Below are positions 10,867-22,040 of a stretch of 64,000 nucleotides of DNA, one piece after another. Both the position numbers and the translations under genes were made by a program. The notes under the pieces are model-generated. The model was not told the DNA's origin. It ran no database searches and saw only the letters and a program-made list of their open reading frames with translations. Origin of the DNA: Camelus ferus (Eukaryota); the NCBI RefSeq assembly GCF_009834535.1, contig NC_045698.1:108500001-108564000 (forward strand), given 5' to 3'. Each line of letters opens with the position of its first letter. The first letter of the stretch is position 1.

Positions 10867-13800
10867 AAAACTTTAAGTAATAGAGGAAAGCAGAAGAAGC
10901 AGCGTGAAAAAAAATCTGGAGGCGGTAAAGTGCAAGGCACATTTGCGCATGTGTTTAGGGCAGAGTGACAGAGTGATTGTCCAGGGGCTCCGCGACTAAG
11001 CGCTGCCTGCCGGGTCAGGGCGAGGGTCTCTTTCCCAGAGGTGCAGCTTGGTTGGCTTCCACCCAAGATCTGGCCTTGTCTCACCTCTACCAGCTATGCT
11101 AGGCCTTGACTCTGCTCTCTCAATGTGGAGAATGACAAACCTAGCCTGTTTTCTTTATATTTTGTCCTGCTGAAGCCCATCCCCAGAATGCCAGCGCAGT
11201 TCTCATCAGCATTTGAGTTCAGTCACAGCCTTTGAATGAAAAGACTAGAACTTCAACCCTCAGGACCAATACAGACATTGGCACATTGGCTTTGGCAGAA
11301 TTAGCTCACGAAGAACTAATGCTAAGGGACAGTTAGAGTGGAGTGGAAACTTATCTGCATAAAGAAATAGACTCATCTTAGTAATGATTGTGTAGCAAGA
11401 TATGTTACTGTCATCTTCTCAATCCTGGGCAAAGCAGCAACTTCAGATGGTGCTCGGGTTACCATAGGAACTGGTGGAAAAGCTAAAAGAACGCACGATG
11501 GTTAAATCTAAGAAAAGGGCAGTAGCTCAAGAGATACTCAGTGGGAGCTACACTGGACTGGGGTCTGAAAACCTGAGTTTGAGCCCCAGCGCAGCTGAGT
11601 TTTGGCTGATCGACCCTGGAGGTGTCATTCCACCTTTCTGAGCTTCAGTTTTCTGTAAAACCGCACAAGTGATAAGGGCACTCTCCAAAGCGTCTTCGTT
11701 CGATTCTGAAAACCTAAAAACGTGCAGGTTATTTTTAAATAGAAAGTTAACTCCAGCTATTCTTAGGCAACCGACTAGAAGCTACACGTGATTTTGCATT
11801 TCCTACTAACTGCAGAGGTCAAATTTTCAGCTGCATAATCTTATCTCTCGTAGTGGCCAGAGGATGCTGTTTATAAAACAGCAACAACAATGCAACAGTA
11901 GCAACTGTAGCAACAGACACAGTGTTATCCAGGAACTGTGAGGAAAACACATTCCAAATGCACTTAGTTCTCAGAGCAGCCCCACTAGGTGGGTAATATT
12001 ATTATTTTTATGATACAGATGAGGAAGCAAATGTTTCAGAGTTATTAATTAACTCACCCAAGGGATGGAGTGGGGAACTGACTCCAGTCTATCCATCGTC
12101 AGACTCTCTTAACTACCTCGATGTCCAGCCAGGAGTGAACATGGGCATACGAACCTAAGTGTTCCAGGTGGCCCTTGAAGCCTCCCTCCTTTGAAAAATG
12201 ATCTCTAAAGATTTTTTCATAGGGATCAGAGCCTTTCTTCCCCAGGAAGAAGGAAGTCAGTCCCTCCAGAGTAAGAGAATGAACAAGCAATCCTTTCCCT
12301 CAAATGAACTCTGAAGACACGAAAGCGGACAGGCCTCCACTGGAGGAGAGGGGACCACAGGGACAAGAGAGTCATGAGAAAAGACAGCAGCCCCGCCTTC
12401 TCAGTTGTCTGAGAGATACTCCTCACAGGAGTCCCTGACCTCTGCCTGACCTTGCTCAATGACCCTGACCAAGGGTGCGAGGAAAAGCACACCAGGCACC
12501 AGAGGAGGGTCACAGTTGACAGATCAGACAGAATGGAGACACCAGCTGCGTGCACCAGCCTGAGTTAGAAGGCATGTTTCCAAAGCTCTGTTGAGTGCCA
12601 GGCACACAGAAAAATTTCTAAGACACAGCTCCTGTGCTTAAGGGAAATGCTCATCACAGAAGACAGGAGACAAATCCAGTCTCGGCGAGCGTTAATGCAA
12701 GACTCTAGGTGCCATACCAAAGTCCAAACAACTTGCTTTCAGTGCAGAGTAGAGGGAGGCTCAGACACAGTTAACTCCAACACGAGGCAGAAAGTGCCAA
12801 GTGTGCTAATGGAAGTACAAGCTAAGAGCTCTGGGAGCCCAGGATGGATGATTCCGACGGGGGCTCTCACAGAAGCGGTGGCGTCTGACTGGGATCTTGA
12901 AGGACTGGAATGAGTGGAGAAGGGCTGTGGCGAAATTCTCTTCATCACTGGGGAGCCGGTGTAAAGAGGAAGTCACGACGTCCACATTTGCTTTTCTGAA
13001 GGCAGAATGGCTCCAAACATCAAGTTGAAGCTCAGGATGACCTGGGTTTTTGACTCCCAGATCTACCATGTCTGTGTGACCTGGAACCTTGGCATCTCCA
13101 TCTGCAGAAGGAGACACTAGTACCTTCTTCTTGGGATTGTTGTGGGAAATAAAGAAATTAATTACTGCATATGTTTAGTAATGCAAGGGCTTAGCAAATG
13201 CTCAATAAATGGTAGCTGTTACTACCTGTGTGATTACTACTGAGTGGACTGTATCTAGTTCATCTGGGCAGCACCTGAGGCGAGCCAGCCACTGTTGGAC
13301 ATTTAGACAACTTCAAAGATTAACTAAACACACCTACATGTTCCTTTGCATTTGCCTTCACCCTGTTTGCATTTTCCGTCCCCCAGACACTGGCCCACCA
13401 GCACTTTCCTGTGCTCCTGAATTACAGTTTTGCCTTTTTTTGGCTTCGTGTTACTTTGGTGTTCTTGTCCACATAATAGACCAAATGACTGAGTTTTGTT
13501 TTCTCATTCTTCACACAGTGCGGTTCTACACTGCAGGGTATACGTTTCGAGGCATTTCAGATTCAGCAGTGAATACACAAGAACCATTATCAAAGTCAGC
13601 TTCTTGGGTCCAGCCCTGTCTGGTCCACAGCCCAGCTTTGTTCCGTCTCCTGTTCATCCTCCTGCTGATAAGAATGTTGGAACCACAGGGAACTGCAGCC
13701 AAATCTTGTGCTTTACCAGGGAGGCCCACAGGAGCCAGAGACAGGAAGACACTTGGCAAGTTTATGTAGAGAGGCAGGCAGGGGTGGGACCCAAGTGTGT

Positions 13801-14233
13801 GGAGGCTCACAGGCCAATGTGCCCTGGATGGCTTCCCAAGTACCTCTGTGCCTCTGCTCTGCAGACAGGCTCTGATGAGGTCAAAGATGCATTTCCTTCT
13901 CTTCCTTCACCTCCCTCCTGGCTCTGGGTAAAGCTGGAAGGGGCAGCCCTCCTGGAGGTCCACGTGGTACACGCAGCCCCTGCTCGTACAAGGCATCTTT
14001 GGATGTCTCTCACACACCATGTGCTGACTTGGGGCCGTTGCAGCTCAGAACCCAGTTGACAACCAGTGAGGTGAGAAGACAGAAAACACTTTCAACTGCC
14101 TCAGCATTAAAAAGTGAGAAGCAGGCAGGCGGGAAATGTTTTGTGATGACCAACGTTGTAGGAAGTTGATAAAAATGAGTCAAATTTAAGGCTTGCCTTC
14201 TCCTGCTCCCCTGAGAACAAGGGTGTAAATGCC

Positions 14234-14746
14234 TTTTTTTAAAAAATTATTGAAGTATAGTCAGTTTACATTGCTGTGTCAATTTCTGGTGTACAGCATA
14301 ATGTTTCAGTCATACATATACATACATACATTTCTTTTCATATTCTTTTTCATTATAAGTTACTACAAGATACTGAATATAGTTCCCTGTGCTATATGGA
14401 AGAAACTTATTGTTTATCTATGTTATATATAGTAGTTAGTCTTTGCAAATCTGGAACTCCCAATTTACTCCTTCCTACCCCTCTTCCTCTCGGTAACCAT
14501 AAAATTGTTTACTATGCCTGTGAGTCTGTTTCTGTTCTATAGATAAGTTTATNNNNNNNNNNNNNNNNNNNNNNNNNNNNNNNNNNNNNNNNNNNNNNNN
14601 NNNNNNNNNNNNNNNNNNNNNNNNNNNNNNNNNNNNNNNNNNNNNNNNNNNNNNNNNNNNNNNNNNNNNNNNNNNNNNNNNNNNNNNNNNNNNNNNNNNN
14701 NNNNNNNNNNNNNNNCTTGTGTATGTAAATACCACAGCTTCTTTAC
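14234..14746 (-). mobile_element. L1 3' end (5'-truncated), with internal N gap
   Basis: ttattgaagtatagtcagtttacattgctgtgtcaatttctggtgtacagcataat...gagtctgtttctgttctatagataagttt[N]ttgtgtatgtaaataccacagcttcttt. Confidence 0.87.
14553..14715. other. N gap, 163 nt, inside an L1 3' fragment
   Basis: Run of N with L1 sequence on both sides. Confidence 0.99.
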
Positions 14747-15256
14747 AAGGAAGCAAAAGCTTTTAATCTCACATGACAGCTCCAGCTGTTCGGTGGTGGT
14801 GACCAGGCCGAGGAGGATTCCAAAGCTGCACCTGAGCTCTAATGGGAAGGAAGGCTAGGTTCCAGGTCCACCTTGGTCTCGGTCTTGAGAAGGAATTGTC
14901 CTTTCCTCTCAATGTGCAGAACGTGCTGTCTGTCTATGGTAGAATTTATTTCATTATCTCATGTCTGTTTTTTGTTAGTGGTTCGTGACCTTGTCTTCCT
15001 CATCACATTAGAATGTCCCTCTTAAAGGCAGGGGCCTTACTTCCTGTTTTCCCCATACTATATCACATATGGTGTGTTGAGTCAATGTGTTCATTACTTA
15101 GTGAATGTTAGGTTAGATACAGGGCAAGGCACTTTAGCATAATGGCATAACAGAACTCACCCTGTGGGATCAAACATACATAGGTTTGAATTCTAGCTCT
15201 GCCTTTATCAGTTCTGTGACCTCCACCTACCTGTACCTCAGTCATTTTTTTATAAA

Positions 15257-15257
<1 letters not shown>

Positions 15258-15296
<39 letters not shown>
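15258..15296. repeat. (TAA)~13 microsatellite inside a MIR
   Basis: Perfect taataataa run, flanked by MIR core-like sequence (~15130-15390). Confidence 0.95.
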
Positions 15297-15299
<3 letters not shown>

Positions 15300-16439
15300 C
15301 CTTCTAGGACTGTTACAAAGATGAAAACTGTTAATTAATATAAAACATGTAGTCTAGTTCGTAGCATTAAAGGGCTCAATCATATGCAATATCAGGAATT
15401 ACCATCATCATCATTTGTTGACACTGCTATTATGCTGGTAACCAGAATCCCCAAATCCTCAAACAGCCCCTCTCTCTCCTTAGATATGAAAGGGAGAGAT
15501 GCTAAGGAATAAATTGAAGGGAAAAAAAATCGAAACCCAATGATTATTATCTTGTGGCTGTTGCATCAAACCACAACTTCTGTAAGCTGAAGAACCCATG
15601 AACGCTTCTTTCCTTGAGGTGCTCACCTAGTCTTGGCTCTATGGATCTCAGCACTGTGGGGACCAGAAAAGACCAACCCAAAGCAATGCAAGGCAGGGGG
15701 AGAAGTTTTGCCCAATTTCTTGAGTAAGGCAGATCCAAGCTCTCCACTCAGACCTTCAGGGTGAAATAGGTCCCTCCTACCTATGCTCAAAACACCCCAA
15801 AGAAACAAATCCAGCAGCTCCAGCATCACTGCCCAAAGTGACTTTGCCACCTCCTTACATGTCTTGGAAGAGGCAATGGGGGAGGGGGTCATCCTAAACC
15901 AACAAACGGCCCCAGGTGGGAGGGTAGGTAGTGACACGGCTGTAGTGGTTGTTCGAGGTGTGTGTATGAGGGAGGTCAGTAACACAATGCTGTAAAGTAT
16001 GTGCAGACTGTACAGAGAAAAAGAGAATTTGAAGCATAGAGGTGTTTGTTGGATGTGGTAAGTGGTAACAGAGTTTGGATCTGAAAATGACCATGCATTC
16101 ATAGTCTATGCTTGATCTCTCACAGTTGAGTAAACAAAATTCTTCACTTAAGAAGGGCAATAGCCCACTCACCTGTTAATTCATTTACTTGGCATTGACT
16201 GTACTTCAAATGCTAAGGATTATGTTATGTGCTGGGTAGGCATGCTGGAAAAGAAGAAAGAGGCTCTGTCCTCACAAACTTACAGCCTAAAATAGGGACA
16301 GATAATCAACAAGCCAACAACCAACCAGATGCAGTGAAGCTTCTCATAACCAACTTCCATTCAACCGTCTCTTTGGATTGAACTGCATTCTCCATTATCT
16401 CTACAGACACCACACCTGATGCCCCTGGTGAGCTGACAG

Positions 16440-17010
16440 CTTCTGGTCAGTAGCCTCTTCTCTGATCAGCCCATATGTTTCTGCTCACGTCAACTTTGTT
16501 CAAGGTGTAGTAGGAATCAACTCCATTTGTTTCCAAACCTATTTATACTTCTGTGTTTTTATTTTATTTTTGCAATATAACTAAAAATTATGTACTGGTG
16601 AGATATCAGTGCAAAAAAACGTGGTCTTATTTCTTTGGAAACTAACTTAAATGCTTTTGAAAGGCTCAAAGATGAATCAGTGAAAACACTGTAATACTCG
16701 GTGTAGGCAAGATGGCTATAAAAGTCTGGGGGAAAAACACACACACACACAAATTTTGCGCTTACATTTATAACTGTCTTCAAGTTCCCACTACATCAAA
16801 AGATGGATAAATACATGTGCACTTAGGTGTTTTAAGCTAAAAGAAATACCTGCTATGAATCATTTTTTGTGATTCTCTTTTAATCATCTTTTGGAAGTAA
16901 AAGTCAGTAATGAAGGCCTTATTGCTTAAGCCACATACACACAAAAACAATCTTTTCCAGATAATCATCTTTTAACCATCTTTTTCCAAATAATCTAATC
17001 ACAGTCCCCA
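16440..17010 (+). mobile_element. TcMar-Tigger DNA transposon fossil with a transposase N-terminal HTH relic; boundaries approximate
   Basis: 16608 onward translates SAKKRGLISLETNLNAFERLKDESVKTL*, then LGVGKMAIKVW after a frameshift. Resembles the Tigger/CENP-B psq-type HTH start. Confidence 0.6.
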
Positions 17011-17478
17011 TTCCACCAGGTAAAAAGGTGTCTACTGCAAGTACAACTTGATTAAAGTGCTGTGAAAGAAACAAACTGAGTGCAGTGATAGACAACAGTG
17101 GGTGGTGGTCCTTGGAAGATGGGAGGAAGCCAACTGAGCCGAAGAGTTGTAGGCAGAGGGAACAGCATGGGGGTGGGGGCTGGTATGTGGGAGGAGCTGC
17201 AGCAGTGGATGAGGGAAAGGGAGAGGATGAATGAAACTTCAGGTCAGCAGGATTCAGACAAGGCGGACCCTCAGAGGTCATGCAAAGAGTATAAACATTA
17301 TTGACAGTATGATGAGGACGCCCTTGGGGGCTCAGCAGGACAGTATTGACAGGACCCCCTCTCCATTTTCAAAAGAACATTCTGGCTGCCATGGGAAGAA
17401 CAGATGAGGGTGTGAAACCGGGAAAAAGGGCAGGGTGGAGGCAGGGATAAAGAAAAGTGATAAAGGAAGTAATAAAAT

Positions 17479-17655
17479 NNNNNNNNNNNNNNNNNNNNNN
17501 NNNNNNNNNNNNNNNNNNNNNNNNNNNNNNNNNNNNNNNNNNNNNNNNNNNNNNNNNNNNNNNNNNNNNNNNNNNNNNNNNNNNNNNNNNNNNNNNNNNN
17601 NNNNNNNNNNNNNNNNNNNNNNNNNNNNNNNNNNNNNNNNNNNNNNNNNNNNNNN
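17479..17655. other. N gap, 177 nt, covering one end of a MER2-like element
   Basis: Run of N. Confidence 0.99.
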
Positions 17656-17831
17656 AAATGTTGTGAAGTGGTTGTAAATACAATGCAAGTGCTACGTAAA
17701 GAGCTGTGGCATGCGGCAAGTGCAAGTTTTGCTTTTGGAGCTTCCCAGATTTTTTCCCCCAAATATTTTCAATCCACAATTGGTTGCTCTGTGGATGCGG
17801 AACCCACAGATACAGATACGGAGGGTGTCTA
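17479..17831 (-). mobile_element. MER2-like (TcMar-Tigger) MITE; left end lies in the N gap
   Basis: Reverse complement of 17690-17831 matches 46365-46680 (cagttggccctcc.tatctgtgggttcc.catcc...ccaaaagcaaaac.tg..tgcc). Confidence 0.8.
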
Positions 17832-19419
17832 TGCAGGGTGAGTGGTGACATAGCACAAGCCACGGTGGAGGGTGGTGGGTAGTCATAGTAGTAGCTATGT
17901 TTGTGGCATCTTTAGAAGGACTTATATCTGTGTTTTCTTTAGTCAATCAATCAGCATGGCTGAACTTACAGCCAATTTTTAAAATGCATTTGTGATCTTA
18001 TGGGGGAAAAAAACCCTACCAGAATTCAAGCAAGTTGGTTTTCTTTTTCAAGTTTGATGTTTATTGGCTGTGCAAGTCAGAGCAAGCCTCTTAACCCTTG
18101 GAAGTTTACCTGAATAAAATGAATAATAATGTTCTGTCTGGTCCACATCACATTTGGGTTGGATCAATTTGAATAAAATGACGGCTTACTACACTGTATA
18201 GTGAATTTAGGACTTTGGTAATCTCACAGCAGGTAAGACAGGTGTCATCGTCCTCATTTCACAGGTGGGAAAACCAAGACGTATTCAGTAACTACTGAGC
18301 TTCTACTATATCAAGACCAGGGCTAGGCTCTGAGACTTCAAACACAAATGAGACCCAGCCCTACCCTGCAGAAATTCACAGTCTAATGAAGAGACAGACA
18401 TGAAAATGTTGAACCATAGAATATCAAGATAAGCAGTGAGGAAGAAAGTGCACTAGAAACTCAGAGGAAGAAGTAATTAGTTTTATCTGGGAGGGTTGGA
18501 AGGCTTCCCAGTGAAGCTGACATCTCTGATTGGGGTCTTGAAGGTTGTGTAGGAGTTTTTCAGGTGTTGAGGGGCATTTTTGAGGAATGTGTGCAGAACC
18601 ATGGAGACCCAGAAGGAAACGGCTTGCTGCGCACAGCATTGTAGCCTCCAGCATTCAGTGGACTGTTCAGAATGAGGCTTGAGAGGTGGACAGGGCCAGT
18701 GTGGCTCTCCCATGTGGAGCTCTGTGGGTGCAGTACACCAAAGCAAAAAAAAAAAACAAACAAAAAAAAAACTAGTACATTAGCTTCATGTTCATTCACG
18801 CTTTCCTCAAATGCTCTCAGCAGTTCTACATTATGTCTGTGCCTGTGCCTTCTACTCCCTCCTTCCTCACTCACTGTTTTCCCCAGAATTAGTCCAAATC
18901 TCAGCCTTTCCCCCGCCACACACACGCCTCGATCTTAGTTTAGTGGAGACAGACAGAAAGAACATCCCTGAACATTTTATTCGCAGAATCTTTTCTAGAA
19001 TTCAAGGCACCTGGACTGTTTCTTAGCAGGAGCTGTGTCACCCCATGTTTTGAGAAACCTTGAGAAGTGATTCAAATTTTGGTACAAAGGCAACAAAATA
19101 CGAGAGGTGGTTGGCGCAGGGTGGGGGTGGGGGCATCTCTGCAAAGAAGGCAGGTGGGCTTCTGCTAAAGAGACTCATTTGGTAGAAATTGTCTAGGAGA
19201 CCTGAGACACCTGAGTCTTCTGGACAGCTTGGTTTTTTTTATGCCTCAACTCTCCAATCTGTCAAGCGATAAATAAGAAAATGTGTATTTTTTAGCGGTG
19301 GAAGAGTGTTAGAGCTGATTGAATCTCACTTCTGTTACAAATGAGGAAATAAACTCCAAAGGCGGGAAATAACTTGCAGAAGGTCATACAGAGAACCAGC
19401 AGTTTGTCTGGTCATCGGT

Positions 19420-20200
19420 CATTCATTCATCCATTCCATTCAGCAAATGTTTTGGTGCCTCCCTCCTGCAAAGTACTGTGCTAGACACTAGGACTGGAGT
19501 GGGAGATGAAATAGTCATGATCCCCGCTGTATTTGGGGAAATGAAATTACACAAGCAAAACCACTAAAGAGGATAATTAAAGACAGGGATAAGCTGTGAT
19601 GGAAATAAGGTGCCACAAAAAAGTAAATAAATAAAAGGGCAGGAGTATACTTTCAAGAAGGCATCTCTGAAGAAAGAACACTAAAGCTGAGTCCTAAAGA
19701 ATAAGGAGTGAGCTGCATGAAGAGGGTTGGAAGAGCTTTCTAGGGGAGAACAGCATGTGTAAAACCCCTAAGGCAAAAAAGTTTGCCTCCGGACATAGAA
19801 AACAAACCAATGGTTGCTAAAGGGAGGGGAAGGGCTGGGGAAGGATAAATTAGGAGTTTGGGATTAACAGATACCACTATACATAAAATAGATAAACAAC
19901 AAGGACCTACTGTATAGCACAGGGAACCGTATGCAGTTGTAATGAGCTATAATGGAAAAGAATCTGAAAAAAAAATACGTATGTGTATAACTGAATCACT
20001 CTGCTATATATCTGAAACTAACATTTGAAATCAGCTACACTTCAATAAAATAATAAATAAATAGATAGATAGAAAATGAAGTAGAAAAAAGTTTGGACTG
20101 TCCTGAAAGGTAAAAAACCAGTGTGAAGCGAGGCAGAGAGGGCGTGGCCTGGGAGCAGGTGTGATTGGAGAGAGAGGGGCTGGGCAGCCCTAAATTTCAG
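19420..20200 (+). mobile_element. L2 fragment interrupted by a younger L1
   Basis: cattcattcatccattcc..caaatgtttt..gtactgtgctagacactagg...gggagaacagcatgtgtaaaacccctaaggc resumes after the L1 with ctgaagg..ccagtgtg. Confidence 0.65.
19786..20084 (+). mobile_element. L1 3' end with A-rich tail and 11-bp TSD
   Basis: gacatagaaaacaaac..atggttgctaaaggg...ggacctactgtatagcacagggaac...cacttcaataaaataataaataaatag. TSD aaaaaagtttg at 19775-19785 and 20085-20095. Confidence 0.9.
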
Positions 20201-21814
20201 TGCACCCTCATTGGTAGATTCTTCATTGACCTTCGCACCCCCGTTGGAATGGAAAGGCAAGTACACGTTTTTAATAAGACTCTACTGGTTGAGCATTTGT
20301 TTAAAATTCTGTATTCTCAGTATGCTTTTCTGAGATCATGGATTCGAAGAGCAGGTGGGAAAGACAAAAGGACTGAGCTTTTCTTCTGTATCCACCGCCG
20401 TACTTGGTTAGTGTTCAGCTCAAGAAATCAGCCAAGGACAGGGGTCAGGAGAGAATTCAGATGAGATGAGGTGGAATTTGGTTTTCTGGTGGTGTCATTC
20501 GGTTCTGAGAGCTGGAAGTTCTTGTTTCTGTAGCCTTAGTTCATCCTTCATTTTTGTCCTTTCACCTCCTCAGCCGGAAAAATGAATTTCACTGATTTAG
20601 GGCACCCTCAGGCAATCATCTGCGGATCGGAAAAACTTTGCTTTGATTGACAGGTGCCAGTCAAGTTCATGGGTGTGCAGTGCATTGTAAGTTTTCCACT
20701 TGGCTTATGAAAATCCATTTATATGTATGATTTTCATAGGGAAACAATAGCAAATGAGAAATAAAATATTTTTCCCACTCACCCAGGGAACAGAATCAAC
20801 ACAGTCAAAGGGCAAGTCTGGTTTCATTTCATGACTGATTTACCTGGTGTTCCTTGCAGTGATAGTTCATTCTGCTCTGGTTGGTTACTATGCTAGTTCC
20901 CAAAGGCTGCACAAAGGCTGCTAGGTAGATGGAGTCCCTGCCTGGACTCTTCAGTGAACCCCACCTTTCACCCCCAAGTGAAGGTGAGTGAGCACTCACC
21001 CCAGCCCTGCTCTGCAGCCTTCATCTCAGCCCCAGGACCCAACCCCAAAATGAGCCTTGACCTCGGTGTCAAATTCAAGTTCAAACCTCGTCCAGCCCTT
21101 CAGCCCAGCCCCAGAATGAGCCCCTGACCCAGCACTTCTGACTAAGCCTCCACGTGTGCCTGAGACCTGGCCTTATAGGGTCCATCCACAATACTGTCGT
21201 CTTCTGGTACATACCAATTTTTAAAATAAACCTCTGAAAGCACCTGCCCTCCCAAGTCTTGAGTTCCCCTGCTATCTCATCAGAGACACCTTTGGCCATG
21301 AGGAAGTGGGACAGCCTCCTTTAGCCCAAAGCCAGCCAATGCATAGGAGAGGACACCTGGAACTCAGAACCACCCCACCTACTTGGTGTATTACTGTCCT
21401 GTGTCAACATTTCAAGTGGACTCTGTGAGCTTAAGTGCCCCACTGGCTCTTGGACAGAACCAGCAAGCAGCGGCCTCAGTCATATCAGGGTGTCATTGAT
21501 TGACTTTGACCCTCTCTGGGTTCCTTTCCCCTGCCCTCCCCACAGTGTGAATACAGAGCCACTGCAGAAGAACCACGAGACATGGAAAGGAAGACACGGG
21601 CTCACACCTGTGTCCATCGTTCCCCAGGTGCACGATCCTTGGTTCCTCATCTGAACGCAGGCTCAAAGGCCATCATTCCTCCCTGACCTGCCTCGCTCGG
21701 TATTCCCAAGAGAAAATCGATGTGAGCGATTTAAAAATCGTGTAATACACTACGAGCTATTATGACCTCTCTCAAAATGTAACACTTCACCCTTCTTGCG
21801 ATGCAGTAGCAGGA

Positions 21815-22040
21815 TCGCTTAGAGGAGGAGCCGACCACTGGCCAAATCCAGCACAATGCCTGTCTTTGTAACCAAGGTTTACATTGTATATAAAATTTCC
21901 CACCCAGCTATTTACATTCAGTGTTTGGCTGCTTTTGTGCTAGAAAAGCTGCAGAGAGCAGTTACAGCATATACTGTGGGACCCTCAAAGCCTAGGACAG
22001 TTACTATTTGCTCCTTTGCAGAAGAAGTTGCTGAAACCTG
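21815..22040 (+). mobile_element. MER58A-like hAT-Charlie MITE
   Basis: ggccaaatccagc..tgcctgtctttgtaa...tggctgcttttgtgcta...caaagcctag..ttactatttg.ccctttgcagaagaagttgctgaaacctg. Confidence 0.7.

Noticed and set aside
13209-14059. Overlapping 186-187 aa plus-strand ORFs
   Set aside because: No recognisable domain, codon bias or splice context. Consistent with chance ORFs in intronic DNA.
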